A stretch of DNA of 62,153 nt from positions 1 to 62,153 of the forward strand of contig JBMSMQ010000003.1 of assembly GCA_049421205.1 (NCBI GenBank), written 5' to 3'. Every line of letters begins with the position of its first letter. Within the stretch, counting starts at the first letter, position 1. Below are positions 1-9,336 of this stretch, in pieces. The notes below the pieces were generated by a model, which was not told the origin of the DNA, did no database searches, and worked only from the letters and a program-made list of their open reading frames with translations. Origin of the DNA: Candidatus Nanopelagicales bacterium. GTDB taxonomy: Bacteria > Actinomycetota > Actinomycetes > S36-B12 > UBA5976. The position numbers were made by a program, and so were the translations under genes.

Positions 1-2035
1 TGTAGGCAAGTTCAAAACCAAATGCTGGGTCATAGGCGAGGACTCCAGGGTTCGTTGATGCAAGTAGGTGCGAATGCCCATCGTTATGTTGTAGACCTTC
101 ACCCATCAATGTCGTTCGGCCAGCAGTTGCCCCAAGTGCGAATCCGCGTGTCATTTGGTCCATCGCGAGCCAGAATGAATCAGCAGTTCGTTGGAAACCG
201 AACATTGAATAAAAGATGTAGACAGGAATCATTGCGACACCGTGTGTTGAATAGGAAGTTCCTGCTGCAACGAAAGAGGCAACTGAACCTGCTTCGTTAA
301 TACCTTCGTGCAGGATTTGTCCAGATGTGCTTTCTTTGTATGAAAGCATCAGGTCTTTATCAACTGGCGTATATAACTGTCCGTGCGGCGAATAAATCTT
401 GAGTGTAGGGAAGATTGAATCCATTCCAAAGGTACGCGCTTCATCCGGAATGATAGGAACAAAGTGTGCACCGAGTCCTTCAATTTTGGTCAGATCCTTA
501 AGTAATCGAACAAAGGCCATCGTGGTTGCAACATTTTGATTACCTGAACCTCGAAGTACGACCTCGTAGTCTTCATCTTTTGGTTGCGTAAGTGCAGGTG
601 CATAAGAGTTTCTACGGGGAATTGAACCACCGAGAGCATCGCGTCGTGATTTCAAATAGGCAGCAACGTCCGAATCATCTTCAGGTTTGTAATACGGTGG
701 TAGATACGGATCAAGTTTGTCGTCACTAATTGGGATTCGCAAAGTATCACGAAATTCTTTGAGATCTTCAAGGGTCATTTTCTTCATCTGATGTGTTGCA
801 TTTCTTCCAGCAAAGTGTGAACCCAGTTTCCAACCTTTCACCGTCTTTGCCAGAATCACTGTCGGCTGGCCTTTATGTTCCATTGCAGCTTTGTAGGCGG
901 AATACACCTTGATGTAGTCATGTCCACCACGCTGCAAAGCCCAAAGTTCATCATCAGTCATATGTTCAACAAGTGCTTTCGTGCGAGGATCTTTGTTGAA
1001 GAAGTGTTCACGTAAATATGCACCATTTGATGCTCGTAAAGTTTGGAAGTCTCCATCGAGCGTGTTATTCATCAATTGAATGAGTGCGCCGTCAACATCT
1101 TTGGCTAATAACTCATCCCAACCACGACCCCACACCACTTTGAGCACATTCCAGCCAGCGCCTCGGAATATGGATTCAAGTTCTTGGATAATTTTTCCGT
1201 TACCACGAACTGGACCATCAAGACGCTGTAAGTTGCAATTGATGACAAAAGTTAAGTTATCGAGTTTTTCGCGTGATGCGAGTCCAATTGCACCAAGGGA
1301 TTCAACCTCATCTACTTCACCATCACCAAGAAACGCCCAGACGTGTTGATCGGAGGTATCTTTAATACCGCGATTATGAAGGTAGCGATTGAAACGAGCC
1401 TGATAAATCGCGTGTAATGGACCAAGTCCCATTGACACAGTTGGGAATTGCCAAAACTCTGGCATCAAGCGTGGATGCGGATAGGAAGAGACAGAACCTG
1501 ATGGATGGGAAAGTTCTTGTCGAAAACCGTTGAGATCATCTTCACTGAGTCGACCTTCAAGAAATGCGCGCGCATAGATTCCTGGACTTGCGTGACCCTG
1601 GAAGAAAATTTGATCTCCGCCACTTGGATGATCAATACCTTTGAAGAAATGATTAAATCCAACCTCATACAACGTCGCAGCCGATGCATATGTTGAAATG
1701 TGACCACCGACAGATAACCCAGGTCGTTGCGCACGATGCACCATAATTGCAGCATTCCAACGAATATAGGAGCGGATTCTCGCTTCCATAATTTCATCAC
1801 CAGGGTAGTTGGGTTCATCTTGAGGTGCGATGGTGTTGATGTAATCCGTACTTCGGACACCCGGAACTCCAAGATGAGTGCGACCAGAGTGACGGAGTAA
1901 TTCCAGCATCACAGTACGAGCACGAGTTGCACCTTTTTCGGCCACTAAGGCATCAAGTGATTCAAGCCATTCCTTTGTTTCTTCAGGATCTGTATCGATG
2001 TATTGGCTTGGGATTCCGAAGTCATTGTCGCTCAT
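1..2035 (-). CDS. aceE: Pyruvate dehydrogenase E1, homodimeric type (3' end outside the window)
   Basis: Hand translation from ATG 2035: [29 protein letters not shown]; TPP motif [12 protein letters not shown] and [29 protein letters not shown] upstream. Missing from the ORF track because no stop falls in the window. Confidence 0.95.
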   Translation of the reverse strand, partial: MSDNDFGIPSQYIDTDPEETKEWLESLDALVAEKGATRARTVMLELLRHSGRTHLGVPGVRSTDYINTIAPQDEPNYPGDEIMEARIRSYIRWNAAIMVHRAQRPGLSVGGHISTYASAATLYEVGFNHFFKGIDHPSGGDQIFFQGHASPGIYARAFLEGRLSEDDLNGFRQELSHPSGSVSSYPHPRLMPEFWQFPTVSMGLGPLHAIYQARFNRYLHNRGIKDTSDQHVWAFLGDGEVDEVESLGAIGLASREKLDNLTFVINCNLQRLDGPVRGNGKIIQELESIFRGAGWNVLKVVWGRGWDELLAKDVDGALIQLMNNTLDGDFQTLRASNGAYLREHFFNKDPRTKALVEHMTDDELWALQRGGHDYIKVYSAYKAAMEHKGQPTVILAKTVKGWKLGSHFAGRNATHQMKKMTLEDLKEFRDTLRIPISDDKLDPYLPPYYKPEDDSDVAAYLKSRRDALGGSIPRRNSYAPALTQPKDEDYEVVLRGSGNQNVATTMAFVRLLKDLTKIEGLGAHFVPIIPDEARTFGMDSIFPTLKIYSPHGQLYTPVDKDLMLSYKESTSGQILHEGINEAGSVASFVAAGTSYSTHGVAMIPVYIFYSMFGFQRTADSFWLAMDQMTRGFALGATAGRTTLMGEGLQHNDGHSHLLASTNPGVLAYDPAFGFELAY

Positions 2036-2208
2036 AGCGTCCTTTTCGTACGGTGATGCTGCTTCGTGGGTGGTGGTGCAGCGTGCTCATTTTCCCACAT
2101 TGCAAGGTTGGAGTCCACGTGGAGGTCGAAATCACCAAATAGCCCAGAATCTCCGCGAATTGTGCCTCGAAAGTTGCCAATTTGCCCACAACCTAGTGGG
2201 ATACCCTC

Positions 2209-2625
2209 GTGCAAAATTCGCCGGCGACGAATCTCGTTTCGAGCTTAGGTATTTCACCTTCTTCAGTCGTTCTAGAAATTGGATATGACTCAGATTGTGC
2301 TGACGAAGTACGTGGTGCATTTCGTGAAGCATCTGGCAACGAACTTGTTGATGAAGAGTACACAGATCCAGTCGATGCGGTGCTTGTTTGGTTCAGACTT
2401 GATGATGATGATTTAGTTGAATTGCTGATGGATGCAATTGCACCATTAACAGAGAACGGTGTTATCTGGTTGCTAACTCCAAAACCACAACAAGATGGCC
2501 ACGTGGAACCAGCAGATATTGCTGATGCTGCACCGTCTGCTGGATTACAGGTGACGAAGACTCTCAGTGCATCGAAGACGTGGCAAGGTACTAGATTGGT
2601 AACAAGAAAGATTGGTAAGCGTTAA
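2209..2625 (+). CDS. DUF3052 domain protein
   Basis: ElGYDsDcD, WFRxDDDDLVE and IWLLTPK motifs; usual position divergent from aceE. Confidence 0.88.
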   Translation: MQNSPATNLVSSLGISPSSVVLEIGYDSDCADEVRGAFREASGNELVDEEYTDPVDAVLVWFRLDDDDLVELLMDAIAPLTENGVIWLLTPKPQQDGHVEPADIADAAPSAGLQVTKTLSASKTWQGTRLVTRKIGKR

Positions 2626-3083
2626 TGGGATTAGCCATTGGCCAGTTGGCACCCACATTCACATTGAAAAGCTCAGATGCGATTGATGTGTCACTAAAGG
2701 AATTTCGTGGGAAGAAAGTGCTTCTTGTTTTCTATCCATTTTCTTTCACAGGGATTTGTACAAAAGAGCTGTGTGCAATTCGTGACAATGAGAACGATTT
2801 TCTTGATGATGACACAGTCGTCATTTCTATCTCATGTGATTCACATTACGTGTTACAGAATTTCAAGAACCAAGAAAATTTCACCCATATTCTGTTATCC
2901 GACTTTTGGCCACATGGAGACGTCAGTCGGGCTTACGGGGTATTCAATGAAGAACGTGGAATGGCAATTAGAGGTTCATTCTTGATTGATTGTGAAGGCA
3001 TTCTTCGCTGGTCCGTCATAAACCAACCAGGAGATGCTCGTTCAACCAGTGCCTATCGCGAAGCGCTGAAGGCCATCGGGTAA
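2625..3083 (+). CDS. ahpE: Peroxiredoxin, AhpE-like
   Basis: FYPFSFTGICTKEL peroxidatic motif and LSDFWPHG; TAATG overlap with DUF3052. Confidence 0.88.
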   Translation: MGLAIGQLAPTFTLKSSDAIDVSLKEFRGKKVLLVFYPFSFTGICTKELCAIRDNENDFLDDDTVVISISCDSHYVLQNFKNQENFTHILLSDFWPHGDVSRAYGVFNEERGMAIRGSFLIDCEGILRWSVINQPGDARSTSAYREALKAIG

Positions 3084-3097
3084 CCTTCGACCCCCTC

Positions 3098-3174
3098 GGG
3101 CGTGTAGCTCAGTTGGTTAGAGCACCGGTCTTACAAACCGGTGGTCGGGGGTTCGAGTCCCCCCGCGCCCACCA
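3098..3174 (+). tRNA. tRNA-Val (anticodon TAC)
   Basis: Acceptor stem GGGCGTG/CGCGCCC, anticodon arm CCGGT-CTTACAA-ACCGG, T arm GGGGG-TTCGAGT-CCCCC, encoded CCA. Confidence 0.97.
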
Positions 3175-3188
3175 ACCACAATTAACCT

Positions 3189-3965
3189 GTGTCAACTACA
3201 GTGAAGAATCTTTTATCTGTTCTCAATCAACTTTTTCCTCCCGATTTAGCAAGTGAATGGGATTCGATAGGGATCATTCAAGGAAAGAAATCACAAACGA
3301 TTTCAGGAATATTGTTGTGTGTCGACATTACGACTGACACGTTTCTTGAGGCGCAAAGACTTGGCCTTGATGCAATCGTTTCGCATCATCCACTCTATTT
3401 GGAAGACGAACTTCCACTTCAATACAAACTCAACATAATGAAAGAGTCGCATGAGCGATCCATCGCGCTTTTGAATGTTCACACGAATGCTGATGCAATG
3501 AATCCAGGTGTGAGTGATGCACTGGCTCAATTACTCGGTGTGAAGCACCTTGAGGTTCTTGAACCGCTCTCTGATGCACGATATGGAATTGGTCGAATTG
3601 GTGACGTAGCAGAAATGAGTCACGCAGATTTTGTTGCACATATTCAGCGCTCTTTACCAGGAAGTGTCGTTCGTTCAACTCGCGCCATGACAGAGAGCGT
3701 GAAGCGAGTAGCACTTTGTGCCGGATCCGGTGCTTCTTTGTTGCCTTTGGTCAGAGTGACTGATGCCGATGTTTACATCACATCCGACTTGAAACATCAT
3801 GCTGTCAGTGAGCACCTCCAAGAAGGGGGATGTTCTCTCATTGACATTGACCACGGTGTTGCCGAATCGCTTTTTCTGGAAGGATTGAAAGCATCACTTG
3901 AAGAAATCCTTGAAGTGAAAGTCATTGTCAGTGAATTGCCTTTTGGAAACTGGGTAGCACAATAA
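3189..3965 (+). CDS. Nif3-like (DUF34) dinuclear metal protein
   Basis: WDxxG, SHHP, HTNAD, CAGSG, YITSDLKHH and DH...E motifs. Confidence 0.92.
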   Translation: MSTTVKNLLSVLNQLFPPDLASEWDSIGIIQGKKSQTISGILLCVDITTDTFLEAQRLGLDAIVSHHPLYLEDELPLQYKLNIMKESHERSIALLNVHTNADAMNPGVSDALAQLLGVKHLEVLEPLSDARYGIGRIGDVAEMSHADFVAHIQRSLPGSVVRSTRAMTESVKRVALCAGSGASLLPLVRVTDADVYITSDLKHHAVSEHLQEGGCSLIDIDHGVAESLFLEGLKASLEEILEVKVIVSELPFGNWVAQ

Positions 3966-3969
3966 CCCT

Positions 3970-4707
3970 ATGGCCGTATATTCCGAAGAAGAATTCCTCA
4001 CATTACTTGATATCAGTGAAATGGATAAACGGCTCACGCAATTGAGATTTAGAAAAGAGAACCTTTCCGAGGCACATGTATTGCAGGAAATCACTGTGCG
4101 TGCCCGTGATTTGCAAATTCAAGGAGTTGAACTACAAGCAGAATTAGTCGAGTTACAGGATCATGTGACAAAGGCAGAAATTGATGTTGAGCAAGTCGCT
4201 TCACGCATGAAAAAAGACCAGGACCTTTTGGATTCTGGTTCGATCACTGACTCAAAACAATTACTCGAATTGCAGCATGAACTTGGAAATCTACAAAAGA
4301 GATTGACCGAACTTGAAGATGTCGAACTTGAGGCTCTTTCAAATGTTGAAGAGGTAAAGTCCAAAATACAAACAATCGAGAACGAAACGAAAATAGTTGA
4401 AGAAGAATTACTTCAGGCGAAAATGGCACTTGAAAAAGCCATTGCAGAAGTTGATCTAGAAATTCAAACACTAGAAGATGAATCAAATCGCGCACTCAGC
4501 ACACTTAATAGCAGTCTTCAGGATTTGTATCTCAAGATTCGACGCGACAAAGGAATTGGTGCGGCAAAGCTCAACGGAAGTAAGTGTGAAAGCTGTCATC
4601 TTGAACTAAGAGGAAGTGAATTTTCGGAAATAAAGAACTTTCCGCTGAATGAACTTGTGAGATGTCCTGAATGTAAAACCATTTTGATCAGGGTCGAGCG
4701 TGTCTAA
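3970..4707 (+). CDS. Coiled-coil protein with C4 zinc ribbon (DUF164 / CT398-like)
   Basis: Long heptad region, then CESC...CPEC; usual neighbour of Nif3. Confidence 0.9.
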   Translation: MAVYSEEEFLTLLDISEMDKRLTQLRFRKENLSEAHVLQEITVRARDLQIQGVELQAELVELQDHVTKAEIDVEQVASRMKKDQDLLDSGSITDSKQLLELQHELGNLQKRLTELEDVELEALSNVEEVKSKIQTIENETKIVEEELLQAKMALEKAIAEVDLEIQTLEDESNRALSTLNSSLQDLYLKIRRDKGIGAAKLNGSKCESCHLELRGSEFSEIKNFPLNELVRCPECKTILIRVERV

Positions 4708-5143
4708 ACACATTCTGTATGCGGATGGTGCATCGCGTGGAAATCCTGGTCCTGCTGCATACGGATCGATTGTTTTTGATCATGCGGGAAATGTTGTTGC
4801 CGAACTTGCCGGGTATTTGGACGTTGCAACCAACAATTTTGCTGAATACTACGGACTGATTACAGGATTAGAGTTTCTCAGTACCATCTCAGCTCCGCCA
4901 CTTGTCGAAATCAGAATGGATTCAAAATTAGTTGTTGAACAAATGTCGGGAAAGTGGAAAATCAAACATCCGGATATGCGCGAGCTTGCACTTGCTGCCC
5001 AAAAACTCTTGAGTGGTTTCACCCCGACATTTGTCTGGATTCCACGTGAAGAGAATGCGCGAGCAGATGCACTTGCAAATGAGGCGCTCGATAATGCAAG
5101 ACGAGGGCTGTTGGACCCCATTCTTCGCCGTTACTCAAGTTAA
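4700..5143 (+). CDS. rnhA: Ribonuclease HI, stand-alone (no CobC phosphatase domain)
   Basis: YADGASRGNPG, TNNxAEY, MDSKLVVEQMSGKWK, WIPREENARADALAN. Confidence 0.9.
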   Translation: MSKHILYADGASRGNPGPAAYGSIVFDHAGNVVAELAGYLDVATNNFAEYYGLITGLEFLSTISAPPLVEIRMDSKLVVEQMSGKWKIKHPDMRELALAAQKLLSGFTPTFVWIPREENARADALANEALDNARRGLLDPILRRYSS

Positions 5144-5237
5144 TATAAGCACGAATTGCCCGAATTACAGTGACGATTTTGAATTAAATTTACTGAAAAA
5201 ATCTTGAAAGTTTTGTATTTTCGTATTAAACAATCCC

Positions 5238-5380
5238 TGCGAAAACAGACTTCCGCCACTTCTAGAGCAAACAAGCTCGGAGCGATTGCCTCGGTCGCAA
5301 TCCAGGTCCCCACCTGTTGGTATGTGTCGTTCGCACGGAAGGTCCGCCGCTGTTATAAGTGAGCGGACCTTCGCCTTTTT
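5238..5380 (+). ncRNA. Putative structured small RNA or leader of unknown family, ending in a terminator-like hairpin
   Basis: Closing stem TGCGAA/TTCGCA around three hairpins, then a 10-bp stem and a T run. No credible ORF. Confidence 0.5.
5338..5380 (+). terminator. Intrinsic terminator-like hairpin
   Basis: GAAGGTCCGC (5338-5347) pairs with GCGGACCTTC (5363-5372), followed by GCCTTTTT. Confidence 0.65.
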
Positions 5381-5412
5381 GGAAACGATGATTTCAAGGC
5401 TATGCTCACCCT

Positions 5413-5775
5413 GACGAGTGAATCAGATGAACGCAGTTTCGACTGAGGAAAGTCCGGGCTCCATAGAGTGCAGTGGTGGGTAATACCCACCCAGAGTGAT
5501 CTGCGGGAAAGTGCCACAGAAAAAATACCGCCAAGCAATTGGTAAGGGTGAAAAGGTGGTGTAAGAGACCACCGCACATAAGGTGACTTATGTGGCAGGG
5601 CAAACCCCACTGGGAGCAAGGTCAAGAGGGTGGAAACACCTGTGTGAACGCACTGACATTGTCAGAGGAGTGCGACTCGTACGAGTTCACGGGTAGACCG
5701 CAAGACAATTGTGGTAACGCAATTGCTAGATAGATGTTCATCCGCGACAGAACCCGGCTTATCGATTCACTCGTC
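5413..5775 (+). ncRNA. rnpB: RNase P RNA, bacterial type A
   Basis: P1 GACGAGTGAATC/GATTCACTCGTC; GAGGAAAGTCCGGGCT, AGTGCCACAGAAAA and ACAGAACCCGGCTTA cores; -10 TATGCT at 5401-5406. Confidence 0.98.
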
Positions 5776-5778
5776 GTT

Positions 5779-6096
5779 TTATGCTTGGTTCAAATTCAAA
5801 ACAATGACGCCAACGATGATGATGAGCATGCCGATTAGTGCTTGTTGAGAAAGAGCTTGATCAAAAAGAAAGTATGCACCAAGTGTTGCACCCACAATTC
5901 CTAAGCCTGACCATACTGCGTAGGTCACACCGACTGGAATTGTTTTTAGCGTTTGACTCATAAGAAAAAAGGCGGTGAGATACCCAATCACAACAATGAT
6001 GGATGGTATCAATTTGCTCATCCCATCACTTGCTTTGAGTGCAAGGGTTCCAATGACTTCACTCACAATTGCAAGTCCAAGATAGAGCCACGCCAT
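5779..6096 (-). CDS. SMR-family efflux transporter (Qac/EmrE subtype)
   Basis: 105 aa, 4 TM; AIVSEVIGTLALK with the membrane Glu; YAVWSGLG. Confidence 0.9.
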   Translation of the reverse strand: MAWLYLGLAIVSEVIGTLALKASDGMSKLIPSIIVVIGYLTAFFLMSQTLKTIPVGVTYAVWSGLGIVGATLGAYFLFDQALSQQALIGMLIIIVGVIVLNLNQA

Positions 6097-7064
6097 TATG
6101 AGTCTCCTTTCAAGAATTCTAAAATGTGCTTCACAAAATCATCGGGATTCTCCTCGTGGGGGAGATGCCCAGTGTCTTTCATAACAATAAGTTCAGCAAC
6201 GTTTTTGACTTTCGCTGCATTTTGAATGCTCACTTGCGTCGGAACAATCACATCGTTATCCCCGGTCACAATCAATGTTCTAGCCTTAAGTTCTTCAATC
6301 GGTGCCGGTTCACCGCGGGCAGCGCTGACGAACTCCCAGAATGCACGTTCCCAATTCTTGACTTGTAATGGTGCGGTATAGCCATTCAAAGTGGCCTTGG
6401 TGATTTTCGATTGATCGAAATAACTGTCATACAGAATCTGCAATCCACTTGTTGCAATTGTTGAGACCAAAATCGGACCGAGATGACGAACTTGAGGAAT
6501 AGAGAAAAGTGGACGTATCCAACCTGGATACGCACCATCACCCGAAATCGCAGGGGCCACGAGTACAAGATTCTTCACACGTAACGGGTTACGTATCGAA
6601 TATTCAAGAGCCAGGGACGCACCTGCAGAATGTCCAATAAGAGTAATTTCTTTGTTTTTACCAAATGTGCTGACTACATCATCAAGCACGATAAGTTGCC
6701 CATCAAACGAATAAGGATTTACATCTTGCCACGCTAAGGGTCGTTCAGTAAATCCAAATGCAGCTCTATCGTATGCGATAACGAAAGAATCTTTGGCAAG
6801 ATCCTCTATCACGTGTTCGAAACTGAAACTTGATGCTCCAAAACCGTGTAACAAGATAATGACCGAATCTGCGTTCTCATCACCTTCAGATTCAAAGTGG
6901 ATGCGATGGTTCAATGAAGTCAAGTAGGTGTCGCTCATACCAAGCACATTTTTGAGAGCCTCACGTTCTGAAAGAGTTCCTGACGTTGAAAAGGGGACAA
7001 AGAATGGCCCGATTGCTACAGTTAAAACGAGAAGTACTAGCGTGAAGCGAAGTTTATGTTTCAT
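6096..7064 (-). CDS. Alpha/beta hydrolase with N-terminal membrane anchor
   Basis: LLHGFG, GHSAG nucleophile, TGDND, GHLPHEE; hydrophobic N-terminus. Confidence 0.88.
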   Translation of the reverse strand: MKHKLRFTLVLLVLTVAIGPFFVPFSTSGTLSEREALKNVLGMSDTYLTSLNHRIHFESEGDENADSVIILLHGFGASSFSFEHVIEDLAKDSFVIAYDRAAFGFTERPLAWQDVNPYSFDGQLIVLDDVVSTFGKNKEITLIGHSAGASLALEYSIRNPLRVKNLVLVAPAISGDGAYPGWIRPLFSIPQVRHLGPILVSTIATSGLQILYDSYFDQSKITKATLNGYTAPLQVKNWERAFWEFVSAARGEPAPIEELKARTLIVTGDNDVIVPTQVSIQNAAKVKNVAELIVMKDTGHLPHEENPDDFVKHILEFLKGDS

Positions 7065-7543
7065 TCGTTGATCTGTGAGTTTTCAAAAACTTCAAATGAC
7101 CAAAGATCAATATCATCAAGATTTAGCGGTTCAAATCCATTTGCTTCCAATGCCGCAGATATTTGTGCTCGATGCTCGGTTGCGTGGTGTATTGCTTGTT
7201 GCAAAATTGTTTCACGATTCCATGTTTTCATCTCAGTACCATTGTGATAGGTCACGGTGCCAGTTTTATCTGCTTCCTGAAGGAGCAGGGCATCCACTTC
7301 TGCAAGTTTGAGAGCAAGAGCTTTCACATCCATCATCGTTGCTGGCTGTTCGAAGTCACTCCAATCACGAATACCAAGTCCGTAGGCGTACCAATCAGCA
7401 CCACCGAGAATATGTTCGCATAAACGCGCAACCGTCCATTCAGGGTTTGAGATATATGCTCCAAGCGCATTATCGGGCAGTTTTGAAAGTTGTTGAAATG
7501 CTTGCTGGTTTGCCCAAGCCATATGACGAAGTCCAAGTTTCAT
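7061..7543 (-). CDS. DinB/YfiT-superfamily protein
   Basis: HMAWAN, a central His (CEHI) and HHATEHRAQ. Start placed at ATG 7543, 7 nt after -10 TAGTGT. Confidence 0.85.
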   Translation of the reverse strand: MKLGLRHMAWANQQAFQQLSKLPDNALGAYISNPEWTVARLCEHILGGADWYAYGLGIRDWSDFEQPATMMDVKALALKLAEVDALLLQEADKTGTVTYHNGTEMKTWNRETILQQAIHHATEHRAQISAALEANGFEPLNLDDIDLWSFEVFENSQINE

Positions 7544-7561
7544 AGCGCAAACACTACTCCG

Positions 7562-7591
7562 ACCATTTAGTTGAACATTCAACTAAATGGT
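7562..7591. promoter_or_regulatory. Perfect 30-bp palindromic operator, MarR/RosR-type, in the divergent dinB/LLM promoter
   Basis: ACCATTTAGTTGAA-CA-TTCAACTAAATGGT; covers the -35 TTGAAC (7571-7576), 17 bp before -10 TACACT (7594-7599). Confidence 0.8.
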
Positions 7592-7605
7592 ACTACACTA
7601 CGGCT

Positions 7606-8661
7606 ATGAGCACACCTAAATATGAATTTGGACTCGACACCTTTGGCGATATGCAAGTTAACGATGCGGGTATACCAATTACTGCAGCACAGACGATTCG
7701 AAACGTCGTAGAAGAAGCGCAGCTTGCCGATGAACTTGGGTTACATCATTTTAATGTTGGTGAACATCACCGCGATGACTATGCCATCACAGCACCTGAC
7801 ACCATACTCGCAGGAATTGCAACTACCACTCGTTCGATCGGACTTGGAACTGGTGTCACGGTACTTTCAAGTGATGATCCGGTGAGGGTGTTTCAACGAT
7901 TCTCAACAATCGATGCGCTTTCTAGTGGTAGAGCAGAAATCACTGCCGGACGTGGATCGTTCATCGAATCGTTTCCACTCTTTGGTTATGAACTTTCTGA
8001 TTACGCGGTGCTCTTCGAAGAGAAACTTGAGTTACTTGTTGAGATATTGAAAGAAGAAGCTGTCACCTGGAGTGGAACTACAAGAGCAGGACTTAGTAAT
8101 CAACAAATCTATCCAAAAACAGAGTCTGGAAAAATCCCACTACGAGTTGGTGTGGGTGGCACACCAGAATCTGTGATGCGTGCAGCTCGACTGAAACTCC
8201 CACTCGCACTCGCCATCATCGGCGGTGACCCAGCCCGATTTCGACCTTTTGCTGAGCTCTATTTCAAAGCTCTTGAAGAATTCGGCGCAAATCCACTTCC
8301 AGTATCAATTCATTCGCCTGGACATATCAGCGACACAGATGAGCAAGCAATTGAAGAACTGTGGCCTCATTACCTCACAGCATTTGGTCGCATCGGTCGC
8401 GAGCGCGGATGGGGTGCAATGACATTTGATCATTACATGAATGAAGTGAAACACGGTTCACTGTACGTAGGATCACCTGAAACTGTGGCACAGAAAATTG
8501 CATATGCATTGCAATCAGTCGGTGCCACACGATTTGATTTCAAGTATGCGAATGGCCCAATGGCACATAGTAAATTGATGAGATCTATTGAACTCTATGC
8601 AACCAAAGTGATGCCAAGAGTGAATGAACTTCTATCAATTGCAAAGGTGAGTGTTGATTAA
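7606..8661 (+). CDS. LLM-class (luciferase-like) flavin-dependent oxidoreductase
   Basis: [41 protein letters not shown]. Confidence 0.92.
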   Translation: MSTPKYEFGLDTFGDMQVNDAGIPITAAQTIRNVVEEAQLADELGLHHFNVGEHHRDDYAITAPDTILAGIATTTRSIGLGTGVTVLSSDDPVRVFQRFSTIDALSSGRAEITAGRGSFIESFPLFGYELSDYAVLFEEKLELLVEILKEEAVTWSGTTRAGLSNQQIYPKTESGKIPLRVGVGGTPESVMRAARLKLPLALAIIGGDPARFRPFAELYFKALEEFGANPLPVSIHSPGHISDTDEQAIEELWPHYLTAFGRIGRERGWGAMTFDHYMNEVKHGSLYVGSPETVAQKIAYALQSVGATRFDFKYANGPMAHSKLMRSIELYATKVMPRVNELLSIAKVSVD

Positions 8662-9287
8662 TCTCTACTGACGAATTTTAGTGTGAGTTGTTTCAATTCA
8701 TTGTCATCGAGGATTCCACGCGTTGCTGTAGTGAGAGTTTTTGCACTCTGTTTTCCAACTCCACGCATGCTCATACACATATGCTCGCATTCGATGCTGA
8801 CGATGACGCCACGTGGTTCAAGAATTCTCATCATGGAATCTGCGACTTGAGATGTTAGTCGCTCTTGTACTTGTGGTCGCTTTGCATACACATCAACAAG
8901 CCGTGCAAGTTTTGAAAGCCCAGTGATGCGGCCCGACTCATTGGGAATGTATCCAACAGATGCTGTGCCATAAAACGGCAACAGGTGATGTTCACACACT
9001 GAAAATACTGAAATATCTTTCACCAAGATAAGTTCATGATGGTTCAGGTCAAAGGTTGTGGCAAGCACATCGTCTGGCTTTTGATAGAGTCCAGAAAAAA
9101 GTTCTTTGTACGCACGTGCGACACGTTGCGGAGTATCACGTAACCCATCTCTGTCGGGATCCTCGCCAATTGCCACCAAGATCTCTCGGATTGCACGTTC
9201 AATGCGTTCAGCGTCGAAAGCATTTCGGTGCTCTGGTGCCACATCTGCTAAAGGATCAGCACTTGGGCTTATTCGTGATTCATCCAT
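8658..9287 (-). CDS. folE: GTP cyclohydrolase I
   Basis: [39 protein letters not shown]. Confidence 0.96.
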   Translation of the reverse strand: MDESRISPSADPLADVAPEHRNAFDAERIERAIREILVAIGEDPDRDGLRDTPQRVARAYKELFSGLYQKPDDVLATTFDLNHHELILVKDISVFSVCEHHLLPFYGTASVGYIPNESGRITGLSKLARLVDVYAKRPQVQERLTSQVADSMMRILEPRGVIVSIECEHMCMSMRGVGKQSAKTLTTATRGILDDNELKQLTLKFVSRD

Positions 9288-9336
9288 AGTTCCAAACCTT
9301 ATGCCCCAGTTGCGGTTCCTTCAAGAGTGTGATTCG

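Noticed and set aside
22-2332. Short ORFs in the track over the aceE region
   Set aside because: Alternate-frame or antisense shadows of aceE, which the track omits because its stop lies outside the window.
3098-3188. Integrated element at tRNA-Val
   Set aside because: Nif3 starts 14 bp downstream; no integrase or duplicated tRNA 3' end seen.
5353-5625. 90-aa and 65-aa minus-strand ORFs
   Set aside because: Antisense to rnpB, a common spurious call.
5779-6110. Guanidine riboswitch / Gdx exporter
   Set aside because: The SMR start overlaps the upstream stop, so there is no leader, and its helix-1 motif is Qac/EmrE-type.
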